Origin: Candidatus Moraniibacteriota bacterium
Lineage (GTDB): Bacteria > Patescibacteriota > Minisyncoccia > Moranbacterales > DUUL01
DNA: 55,525 bases
Direction: 5' to 3'
NCBI GenBank assembly: GCA_041596615.1
Contig: JBFHIG010000008.1
Coordinates: 1 to 55,525, forward strand
In this document: in pieces, positions 9,988 through 18,537 of the stretch
Position numbering within the stretch: the stretch's first letter is position 1
How the letters are laid out: each line of letters starts with the position of its first letter
Position numbers and translations under genes: made by a program
The notes under the pieces: generated by a model
What the model saw: only the letters and a program-made list of their open reading frames with translations
The model's database searches: none
What the model was told of the DNA's origin: nothing

Positions 9988-11304
9988 ACTGCTATCTAAA
10001 AACTTTAGATTCAAGTTAAATTCTTTTTCATTTAATTGTTCCTCATAAAAAATAGGCACAAAATCTTGAGAATCTATTTTTTCACTAACATTTAGATAAA
10101 GAAGATTATTTTGGTCAGAAAGCGAAGTTGGGGGTTGAAATATTCCTTTTTTCAAGAAAGAAACCACCCCTTTCCCACCAGTTGGATTTTCATGAGGGAA
10201 CTCTGAAGGGTCTGCACTTTCCGCCCAAGAAACATAGATTTCTCCAGTATTATTTATTCCTATATTGGGAAAAAACTGATAATTTTCAGAAGGTGAGACT
10301 ATTTGAATATCCGACCAACTGTCATTGAAAAAAGTGCGATAAATTATCTGTGTTGGTCCATCACTGGTTATTTGAGCTCGCCAAACAATATGTAATTTTC
10401 CAAATTCATCAACAGCAACGCTGATATGTCGAGCATCGAAAGCAGGATTTGAAATCGATTGCCATCCACTCCAATTATCACCCTCATCCGAAGATGATGA
10501 ATATTGCACTTGTTGAAGATTATCTTCGTTTCCCTCAGAAGAATAACTAAATACAAACAATTTTCCATTTTGATCTTCAATTAAAGTTGGCCTTGATTGG
10601 GTATTGCTCTCCAGTGGCGCTATATTTTTCCATTTTGTCCAAATTGTTCCCTCGTTTGTGGATTTGCTGAATTTTATCTGCTGTTTCTGATGTTCCTGAT
10701 CTTTTCCCTCCCAAACGACATAAAGTTTATTATTTTTTCCAACAAAAATCATTGGGTGTTCTTGCCAAAATTCTTCACCATCATAGCCGCTAACATAAGA
10801 GATGTTGCGCCAGCTCTCCCAGTCTTTAGCGCTTGCTGGCTTACGGACATATTTTATCTGGCGATTATTCTTTGTATTTTCCGTGTTTGATCCATACCAA
10901 ACAACGTGAACCGTATTTTTTCTATCAACTGCTAAAGATGGTACCCGCTGGTCATTATTTTTTCCAATTACAGCAATTGGACTTTCGATGCCAGAAATAT
11001 GAAATCCTGCAATATCCTGAAAAATTTTTGCGACAAAAATTTCTGTGTTTTTTTCATACTCCTTTCGATATCCAACAAAGATATTCCCTTTGTTATCCTT
11101 AACAATTTTCCGCTGCCCAGAATATCCTAATGCGCGGGAATCAGAGACGGTATCAATTATGATTTTTTGAGAGAAAAAATCCTTAACTTCATTCTCTTCG
11201 GTTTTTTTGAAAATCAAAATAGTGATTATCACAAAAGCCACTATCACAAAAAGGGGGACAATCATTTCTTTAAAGGCTGTTTTTTTATTGGATGATGTTT
11301 TCAT
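9982..11304 (-). CDS. Membrane-anchored BNR/Asp-box beta-propeller protein (sialidase-like fold)
   Basis: Asp-boxes STNEGTIW and SSDEGDNW, repeated HVVW/HIVW blade motifs; ATG at 11304 overlaps the upstream gene end by 20 nt. Confidence 0.75.
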   Translation of the reverse strand: MKTSSNKKTAFKEMIVPLFVIVAFVIITILIFKKTEENEVKDFFSQKIIIDTVSDSRALGYSGQRKIVKDNKGNIFVGYRKEYEKNTEIFVAKIFQDIAGFHISGIESPIAVIGKNNDQRVPSLAVDRKNTVHVVWYGSNTENTKNNRQIKYVRKPASAKDWESWRNISYVSGYDGEEFWQEHPMIFVGKNNKLYVVWEGKDQEHQKQQIKFSKSTNEGTIWTKWKNIAPLESNTQSRPTLIEDQNGKLFVFSYSSEGNEDNLQQVQYSSSSDEGDNWSGWQSISNPAFDARHISVAVDEFGKLHIVWRAQITSDGPTQIIYRTFFNDSWSDIQIVSPSENYQFFPNIGINNTGEIYVSWAESADPSEFPHENPTGGKGVVSFLKKGIFQPPTSLSDQNNLLYLNVSEKIDSQDFVPIFYEEQLNEKEFNLNLKFLDSSK

Positions 11305-14101
11305 AAGCGTCATTCGTGATGCGACCATCTTTCGCATTTTCAAATGCATTAAAATTATTAAGCAAAATATTTTGATTAGCATTTTTAATAGTAATTCCAA
11401 TCTCATTATCAACAATGCCATTATTAATCAAGGTGTTTTTCTGCGCTTGGTTATATATGTATACTCCACGACTGTTTTTATTAACTGAGTTATTTTCAAA
11501 GAAGTTCTCGGACGATCCTTCATTTAAACGAATTCCGCGCACATTGTTTTGAACTTTATTCTCTATGAAAATATTTCTATTTGATTCGTAAATTGCAATA
11601 CCATCTACATTGCCATAAATTATATTGCCTTGAACTAAATTATTATTTGAATCACGATCAATCATAATTCCATGCAAACGATTATTATGGGAAATATTGT
11701 TAACGATATTATTATTAAAACAGCGCCGAGAGATAATTATTCCATGATTGCCGTTTTGATATGCTTTGTTGTTTTCAATTAATAAATTATTAGAATCATC
11801 ATGTGGATCTAATCCATATTCAATGTTGTCATAAAATTCATTTTCACTAAAAATCATCCCCGTCACACCATATGTATATGCTCCAAAATAATTATCATGA
11901 AACCTGCTATTTACAACTATCCCCGTAAGCATCCGCTCATATAAAGCGCCACTTTTAATTTTCCAAGAAACCCCATAAGACCCTCCAAACGGCCCTCCTC
12001 GACTTGGTGCTCCGGAATAACCAAGATAGGCTAATTCCGAATTAAGAATATCCATACGACCGCTGTTTTTAGCAGTGACGTATGCCCTTCCATTCTCATA
12101 ATCAAAATCAGGAGTATTCTTTATTTCATCCCAGGAGAATATTTTTGTATTAGAAATAAGTACACTACCGTTCTCAGAGCGAAGCCATACAAAACTATCA
12201 TCAGTGCTTTTTAGTTTCAGATAAGTGACCTCTTTACTGTCTAATATTAAAGTCACATCTTCGCCAATGTATAGATTTGCGCGTAAAATCCACTCCCCCG
12301 GCACTATTTGCTCAAGAAGTTTTTTATTTATTGGTGCAAGTAAAAGGTTTATTCTGGCAAGATTTACAACGCTTCCACCTTGTTTCACAAAGATTGTATT
12401 AGTTGCTTCATCATAAGTAACACGCGGTGTTTCACTAAAATAATTTAACAAATCTGGGCTTATTGGAGTGTGCAGTTCTTCTACGGAAATAGCAACTTTA
12501 TCACCGATTTCGATAGTCTTAAGTGCTGGAATTGGTTCTTTGGTTTCGGCATTTAAAATTTTTTCAATTGAGCTTAGGTTAAACTTTCTTTGCACAAAAG
12601 ACAACGTGTCCCCACTTTTAATAACATAATAAGCATAAGGGTCGGAACCATTTTCTTCTATAAGTTTATTTTTTATATTTTCCAATTCTCCAGTATTTGA
12701 AATATTTTTTTCTGGAGTGAAAATTGAGGTGGTTCGCTGATTGTTTATAAAATCCTGCCCTCTAAGCTCCCTCGCTTGAAGTTTTTCTAGTCGAAAGGTT
12801 TTAAGCGTGAAATTTTTATAAGAAAAAACCAGAAAAAATAAACCAAGAACTACCATAGCGGTTGCCGTTTGAGTAAACAGACTTTCGAAAAAAGCAAATT
12901 TTCTTAAACGGCTCTTGTCCCAACGTGTTATCCAGCCCTGCTTATTGATAGTTATTGTGGCATAAATTTTAATTATCGCTATAACGAAAGTCATAATAAT
13001 ATAGGCTGGTAATATGAAAATATCGAGTGGTCTTTCTCTAAGGTGTGGCAATATTTTTACAGTTCGACTCACTATCCACCAACCAGCAATGATAAGGGCA
13101 ATTTGCCAATGCCCCAAATAAAGAGAAGTCATAAAATAAGCAAGCCCTATTAGCAGTGTTATTGGCGAGATTAATTTATCGAGCATATGAAGTGCTAACA
13201 TCTTGTGTCGTTTCCAAAGCCAACCGCTAAGCAAAACTCGGGAGTCAGAGCGCAAACCATTTCTGGTCCAACGCACTTTTTGCTTTAAATACCCAAATAA
13301 ATCTGGGGTGCCATTAGTGTAAATTTTGACATCTCTAAGATAACGCGTCTTCCAGCCTTTAGCATGGATAAAATTAGTGAGAGATTTATCATCCCCACTA
13401 ATCATGTAATCCCCCCAAAATTTTTCATTTTCCAATTTCTCCAGTTCATCTATAATAGCAACTTTACGATAAACAGATGTTCTGCCTGAAAGACATAAGA
13501 TGGCATCACTTACAGCTGCAAGAAAGGGGTATTCAAATAAATAACGATCATCAAGTAGAATTTTAAAAAGTCTTCGCGCTAGAGTATTTGGCTTTAGAAC
13601 ATCCTGTCTCGTCACTATACCGCCAACTTCCGGATCAGCAAACGGACCTAGTAATTTAGCTTTAATATCAGGACTCCAAACAGTATCACTATCAACAAGA
13701 GCCACTATTTCACCACTCGCAGCTCTAGTGCCATCGACCAAGGCTGGTCGTTTGCCGGGTTTTTTTGTGACAATCATTTTAGCACCAATAAAACTTTTGG
13801 AAAAATTTTCAAAAACTTCAATTGCATTTTTGTCTGTATAGTCAATTACGGCAATAATTTCATCCGGCTTATTGCTTTTCCAGGAATGTAGCGCCGCTTC
13901 AAACATCTTTGGATTTTCATTATAGACAGGGACAACAACTGAAAACGTGGCTTTATAATCGCCCTTAGGTGGACGATAAAAAAAGGATATCACTTTTCGA
14001 ACAGCCCAAACCCCCCAGCGCCAAAAACCAATGATACCAATGGGTATATAAAAAAGTAAAAGTTGACTATAATGACTCAAATAGTTAGATAATGCTTCCA
14101 T
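11285..14101 (-). CDS. Fusion of processive GT2 synthase, LysM domain and right-handed beta-helix mannuronan C5-epimerase-like domain
   Basis: GT2: VPVYNE, GKR, DSD, GDD, QKVRW plus TM helices; LysM: YVIKSGDTLS; AlgG-like YGLDPHDDS and HGIIISR within N-rich parallel beta-helix repeats. Confidence 0.85.
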   Translation of the reverse strand: MEALSNYLSHYSQLLLFYIPIGIIGFWRWGVWAVRKVISFFYRPPKGDYKATFSVVVPVYNENPKMFEAALHSWKSNKPDEIIAVIDYTDKNAIEVFENFSKSFIGAKMIVTKKPGKRPALVDGTRAASGEIVALVDSDTVWSPDIKAKLLGPFADPEVGGIVTRQDVLKPNTLARRLFKILLDDRYLFEYPFLAAVSDAILCLSGRTSVYRKVAIIDELEKLENEKFWGDYMISGDDKSLTNFIHAKGWKTRYLRDVKIYTNGTPDLFGYLKQKVRWTRNGLRSDSRVLLSGWLWKRHKMLALHMLDKLISPITLLIGLAYFMTSLYLGHWQIALIIAGWWIVSRTVKILPHLRERPLDIFILPAYIIMTFVIAIIKIYATITINKQGWITRWDKSRLRKFAFFESLFTQTATAMVVLGLFFLVFSYKNFTLKTFRLEKLQARELRGQDFINNQRTTSIFTPEKNISNTGELENIKNKLIEENGSDPYAYYVIKSGDTLSFVQRKFNLSSIEKILNAETKEPIPALKTIEIGDKVAISVEELHTPISPDLLNYFSETPRVTYDEATNTIFVKQGGSVVNLARINLLLAPINKKLLEQIVPGEWILRANLYIGEDVTLILDSKEVTYLKLKSTDDSFVWLRSENGSVLISNTKIFSWDEIKNTPDFDYENGRAYVTAKNSGRMDILNSELAYLGYSGAPSRGGPFGGSYGVSWKIKSGALYERMLTGIVVNSRFHDNYFGAYTYGVTGMIFSENEFYDNIEYGLDPHDDSNNLLIENNKAYQNGNHGIIISRRCFNNNIVNNISHNNRLHGIMIDRDSNNNLVQGNIIYGNVDGIAIYESNRNIFIENKVQNNVRGIRLNEGSSENFFENNSVNKNSRGVYIYNQAQKNTLINNGIVDNEIGITIKNANQNILLNNFNAFENAKDGRITNDAYENIIQ

Positions 14102-14145
14102 ACAATTAAACTTTTAATTGGTAACGGTTTCTTGCATGTCATAAG

Positions 14146-15069
14146 TTAGTGCTCGAGATATTCCTTGTCTTTTAAATTTTCATTGACTTTAATTACAGCA
14201 TGAAGGAGTGGCATCTTACTTTTAACTTTCTCATTTGCCCAGTTCAAGAATGCCAATGTATCTTTAGGCAAACATGAACCATGAAAAGGCCCAAAATTTC
14301 TTATCCCATATTGCTTATTCCAAGAAGCTTCAGCACTTTCAATTACAGTGCGAAAAACTTTATCTGCATCTACCCCACTTTTTTCAGCCACCAAGCGCAT
14401 TTCATTGAAAAAAGAAATTTTATTAGCATTATAAATATTGTGAACATATTTCATCATCTCAGCCTCCTTAATTGTCATATGCACAATAGGTGCTTTAAAA
14501 GGAGAGAAAAGTTCCTCTAATAATTGAGCAACTTTCAGTTCATGACTTCCAATAACGATTATCCATGGATGCATAAAATCTTTTTCTGCAGTAACTTCTC
14601 TCAAAAATTCTGGATTCATGGCAATACTAAAATCTTTTTCTATTTTTTTTTGAGAATATTTTTCCAGGATAGGAATAAAATGCCCCTCCACTGTCCCTGG
14701 TGGAACTGTAGAACGAATCACAACAAGTGGATGATTGGTATTGTTTTTGATTACACGCCCAAGACTTGCAAGCGCTGAGTCAATAAAACGAAAATCTAAA
14801 CGATCTCCGATTGTTGGGGTAAGAACACTAACCATATAAATATCATGGTCAGAAGAAGAATCAGACTCAATGTTGCAGGAGCTTAACCCTTCTTTATTCA
14901 ATGATTCGATAAGGATAGTATTGATGTCGATAAAAGTTACTTCATGGCCAAGAAACAAGAACCCTTTCCCTGTAGCCTTGCCTACAAAACCAGACCCGAC
15001 TATGGCAATTTTTTTCTTATTGGTTTTTGTGGTAGGAACAGAAGTTCCTTTTTTTTCTTGTGCTTTCAT
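14146..15069 (-). CDS. GDP-mannose/UDP-glucose 6-dehydrogenase family protein, short form
   Basis: GSGFVG Rossmann motif, RSTVPPGT, NPEFLRE, AEMMKY..N, GSCLPKD catalytic Cys; 307 aa with no C-terminal domain. Confidence 0.88.
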   Translation of the reverse strand: MKAQEKKGTSVPTTKTNKKKIAIVGSGFVGKATGKGFLFLGHEVTFIDINTILIESLNKEGLSSCNIESDSSSDHDIYMVSVLTPTIGDRLDFRFIDSALASLGRVIKNNTNHPLVVIRSTVPPGTVEGHFIPILEKYSQKKIEKDFSIAMNPEFLREVTAEKDFMHPWIIVIGSHELKVAQLLEELFSPFKAPIVHMTIKEAEMMKYVHNIYNANKISFFNEMRLVAEKSGVDADKVFRTVIESAEASWNKQYGIRNFGPFHGSCLPKDTLAFLNWANEKVKSKMPLLHAVIKVNENLKDKEYLEH

Positions 15070-15143
15070 GATTTTAATTTAAGCTAATCAATTAAAAGCA
15101 GATTCAAGCCATTCAAGTTGTTACAATACTGAGGTGGTCTTGT

Positions 15144-15172
15144 ATTATACACATTGTAACAACAATGGTCAA
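15144..15172 (-). promoter_or_regulatory. Sigma70 promoter of the dehydrogenase-synthase operon
   Basis: Minus strand TTGACC-N17-TATAAT. Confidence 0.7.
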
Positions 15173-15373
15173 TAGTTTTAAATTCAATAGCAAAAAAACT
15201 TACTTCTTGGGGGATTATTATGCGTTTTTATCTATCTATAAATTAAGGCTACTTTTTTTCATTTTTTTCTTGAGTGATTACAAAAATTAATAAATAAAAA
15301 ATACTTTTTAAAAAAACTGAAACCAAAGACTCCTCTGGTCCGTTGGTTTTGCTCTCTTTTGTTAAAAAATGGC

Positions 15374-15402
15374 TTGACTATGTTTCTTGCCTGTTGTATG
15401 CT
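15374..15402 (+). promoter_or_regulatory. Sigma70 promoter of the second GT2 operon
   Basis: TTGACT-N17-TATGCT. Confidence 0.55.
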
Positions 15403-15454
15403 AAAAAGTCAAGAAGGTCTGGGTTAGAATGCTAAACTAAAATAAAGCTAGCTT

Positions 15455-16822
15455 ATGAACTGGACACACTTAAAAATCAAACAACAACCTTATTCGAAAA
15501 GCACAACAACTGTCTTTATGAAAAATGCTTGGCGAGAAATTTTTTATAAAACTTCCATAATTATCTTTGGATTACTTTTTTTATTTTTAATTATACTTCT
15601 TAAATCAAAAACAACTGTTGAATTTTCTCTCGAGCCATACCTTTTTTCGTATGGTGTTTTTGTTACAGCCTTCATTCTTTCACGTTTAATCTCAGCTATG
15701 CTTTATGAGAGCTCCTACGAAAGTCTTATTAAGGAAGGGGAGCTTTTAAGAGAGGATAAAGAAGAATATGAACCTAGGATAGCTTTTATAATTCCCTGTA
15801 AAAACGAAGAAAAAGACATAGAGAATACTATTTCAAAATGTTATTTAGCTCAATATCCAAAACACAAAATGGAGGTTGTTGTAATCAACGATGGGAGTAC
15901 AGATAATACCATTGGTATTTTACGAGATTTACAAAAAAGATACCCTAGTCTCAAAGTAATAGATTGGAAAAAAAACAGGGGAAAACGCAAAGCAATGGTT
16001 GAGGGATTTGAGAAGACCAATTCAGATATAGTAATTCAATTGGATAGTGATAGCTATATCAAACCATCCACAATCCGTCACCTAATTGAGCCTTTCAAAA
16101 ACCCCAAAGTATCAGCAGTTTGTGCCAGTGGGGAGCCCACAAATGCCAATGAAAATTTAATTACCAGAATGCAAACTGCTTATTATTTTATGTCTTTTAG
16201 GATTCTTAAATCAGCAGAATCAACCTATGACACCGTTTTTTGTTGTAGCGGATGTTGTTCGGCATATAGAAAAGAACAAGTCATGCCAATTTTACATCTA
16301 TGGTTAGAAGAAAAATTTCTAGGTCTGCCCGTAACTTGGGGTGATGATCGCGCATTAACAAGCTGGCTATTAAAAATAGGTGGCAAAACAGTTTTTAATG
16401 ACAAAGCGATTGCTTATACCGTTGTGCCAAACAATCTCAAGACTCTCCTAGTTCAACAATTGCGCTGGAAAAAATCCTGGATAGTAAACTTTTTTATTAC
16501 AAGTAGGTTTATTCTAAAAAAACAACCTTTTGTAACTCTTTTCTACTATTTTCCTTTGGTTTTTATTTCTTTTATAACTCCCATAATGACTTTCCGAGTT
16601 CTTATCCTTACCCCTCTAACCAAGGGGATTCTTCCTTTCTATCATGTCATTGGAATTCTGTTATTAACAGCTTTGATAGGTATGTATTATAGGTTATTGG
16701 ACAAAAATAATAAATTTTGGCCATATCTTTTTCTTTGGTCTTTATTCAATTTGTTTGTATTGTCTTTTATTATAGTCTGGGCAGCAGTCAGAATTCAAGA
16801 TAGAGGCTGGGGAACCAGATAA
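15455..16822 (+). CDS. Processive GT2, hyaluronan/chitin-oligosaccharide synthase-like
   Basis: INDGSTD, GKRKAM, DSDS, CSG..SAYR, GDDRALT, QQLRWKKSW and terminal WGTR, plus TM helices. Confidence 0.88.
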   Translation: MNWTHLKIKQQPYSKSTTTVFMKNAWREIFYKTSIIIFGLLFLFLIILLKSKTTVEFSLEPYLFSYGVFVTAFILSRLISAMLYESSYESLIKEGELLREDKEEYEPRIAFIIPCKNEEKDIENTISKCYLAQYPKHKMEVVVINDGSTDNTIGILRDLQKRYPSLKVIDWKKNRGKRKAMVEGFEKTNSDIVIQLDSDSYIKPSTIRHLIEPFKNPKVSAVCASGEPTNANENLITRMQTAYYFMSFRILKSAESTYDTVFCCSGCCSAYRKEQVMPILHLWLEEKFLGLPVTWGDDRALTSWLLKIGGKTVFNDKAIAYTVVPNNLKTLLVQQLRWKKSWIVNFFITSRFILKKQPFVTLFYYFPLVFISFITPIMTFRVLILTPLTKGILPFYHVIGILLLTALIGMYYRLLDKNNKFWPYLFLWSLFNLFVLSFIIVWAAVRIQDRGWGTR

Positions 16823-16867
16823 AGCTGGAAAATGGCATGCCATCTTCTAATGTAATAAACTAAAAAT

Positions 16868-18466
16868 ATGCATGACTTTAATATTAAAATGATTAAAGGA
16901 ACTATCGTCTTAATGGTATTTTCTGTCGTTGTTATTATGATTAGCGGAATGAAAATGTTGGAGAATAATTATTACTGGAGAAATCAGTATCTCTTAATGC
17001 ACTTAGACTATGCAAAAAATAGGTTGGCTTACTTTGAATATAAACATAATGGGATTGTCAATTGGATAAAAAATAAGAATTCAAAAAAAGATACGCCCGA
17101 AAAACAATCAAGAGAAAAGACCGGTTCGATTCCAATCCTCTTGTATCATGGGGTGATTAAAGATAAAAAGTGGAAGCCGGACGGAGTAAATATCAGTCTA
17201 AGCGACTTTCAAAAACATATGTTTGCATTAAAAAAGGCCGGTTATCAAACAATTAACATTGAGGACTATGTGGCTTTTTCAAAAGGAGAAAAAGATTTTC
17301 CACCCAAGGTTTTTTTACTCACCTTTGATGATGGGCGCAAGGACAGTTATTACCCGGTTGATCCTATTCTAAGAACACTTAATTTTACTGCTGTGATGCA
17401 TGTCATTACTGGACGCTCTTTGGGAGAAGACAACGAAAACGGCGTTTTCCACCTCTCAGAGCAAGAGCTTAAAAAAATGATTACAAGTGGTCGTTGGGAA
17501 ATGGAATCACACGGAAAAGATGATCATGAACTCGAAGTTATTGACAAAAAAGGAAAAAAGGGGCATTTTTTAAGCAATAAATTGTGGCTTGAAGAAGAGA
17601 AAAGACTGGAAACAAAATCCGAATACAAAACGAGAATAGAGAAAGATTTGTTAAGTTCCAAAAAAGAGTTAGAAAAAAAACTAAATATTTCGGCTCTGGC
17701 TTTCGCTTATCCTTTTGGAGATTATGGGCAAGCCACAGTAAACTTACCCGAAAGTAAAGAAATTTTAGTCCCCCTTGCCAACTCCATATTTCCAATCACA
17801 TTTTACCAGGCAGGAAGTAGTGAGTTTCCTGTTAATTACAAAGGAGAAGATTTATTACTTGCCAAAAGAATTAATGTAGGACCTGAGATGTCTGCCGATA
17901 AACTTCTTTGGTTAATAGAAAAAACACAAGCAAAAAAACTCAATTATGCGGATAATTTTTCTAGTGATAATGGCTGGATGTCTGGTTGGGGACTTATAAG
18001 TATTCTGAAAAATACACTTCTTATTGGTGCTACCAACGAAGAAGATAGTGCTCTTACTTTTTTAGGAGGATCTTATCTTTGGGAAGATTATCTCTTGCAA
18101 GCTGATGTAAGAGTAAAAAATGGCAATGCTTTTACTTTAAATGGCAGATACAAAAATGGGAATAATTATATATCCTGCAACTATTATTCTAATCGTATCG
18201 TTTTGCAGCAAAGGACTAATGGGACAGATTATGAAGAAATAGATACTTCTCTGGCAACTGGCTTGGGTGATACTAAAAAAACTAAGGTGGGTATTTCCAT
18301 AATAGGAAACACCGCTAATTGCTTTTTAAATGGAGAAAAAGTACTAACAAGTAAAATAGATCCAACAACAGGCCATGGCGGAATAAGTTTTAATATTTGG
18401 AATTCAATTCCAGAAGAAAAAGCTTATTTATTAATCAATAATTTACAGGTTTCAAAAGCTTTTTGA
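16868..18466 (+). CDS. Polysaccharide deacetylase (CE4, IcaB/PgaB-like) with C-terminal beta-sandwich domain
   Basis: PILLYH, LTFDDG, WEMESHG, FAYPFG motifs; N-terminal TM anchor. Confidence 0.85.
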   Translation: MHDFNIKMIKGTIVLMVFSVVVIMISGMKMLENNYYWRNQYLLMHLDYAKNRLAYFEYKHNGIVNWIKNKNSKKDTPEKQSREKTGSIPILLYHGVIKDKKWKPDGVNISLSDFQKHMFALKKAGYQTINIEDYVAFSKGEKDFPPKVFLLTFDDGRKDSYYPVDPILRTLNFTAVMHVITGRSLGEDNENGVFHLSEQELKKMITSGRWEMESHGKDDHELEVIDKKGKKGHFLSNKLWLEEEKRLETKSEYKTRIEKDLLSSKKELEKKLNISALAFAYPFGDYGQATVNLPESKEILVPLANSIFPITFYQAGSSEFPVNYKGEDLLLAKRINVGPEMSADKLLWLIEKTQAKKLNYADNFSSDNGWMSGWGLISILKNTLLIGATNEEDSALTFLGGSYLWEDYLLQADVRVKNGNAFTLNGRYKNGNNYISCNYYSNRIVLQQRTNGTDYEEIDTSLATGLGDTKKTKVGISIIGNTANCFLNGEKVLTSKIDPTTGHGGISFNIWNSIPEEKAYLLINNLQVSKAF

Positions 18467-18537
18467 TAATTTCATACTTGAATAATTATCATTTTTAGTT
18501 CAAGATATGTGTAGAAGAAATATTAGCCACCTTACAT

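Noticed and set aside
11305-11421. N-terminal extensions in the ORF track (also 29883-30023, 4434-4481 and 52129-52170)
   Set aside because: They overlap neighbouring genes or promoters; downstream ATGs fit the family N-termini or signal segments better
15397-15410. 14-nt match TATGCTAAAAAGTC also found at 28906-28919
   Set aside because: It includes the -10 hexamer and an A run. Matches of this length are expected by chance in 55 kb of AT-rich DNA.
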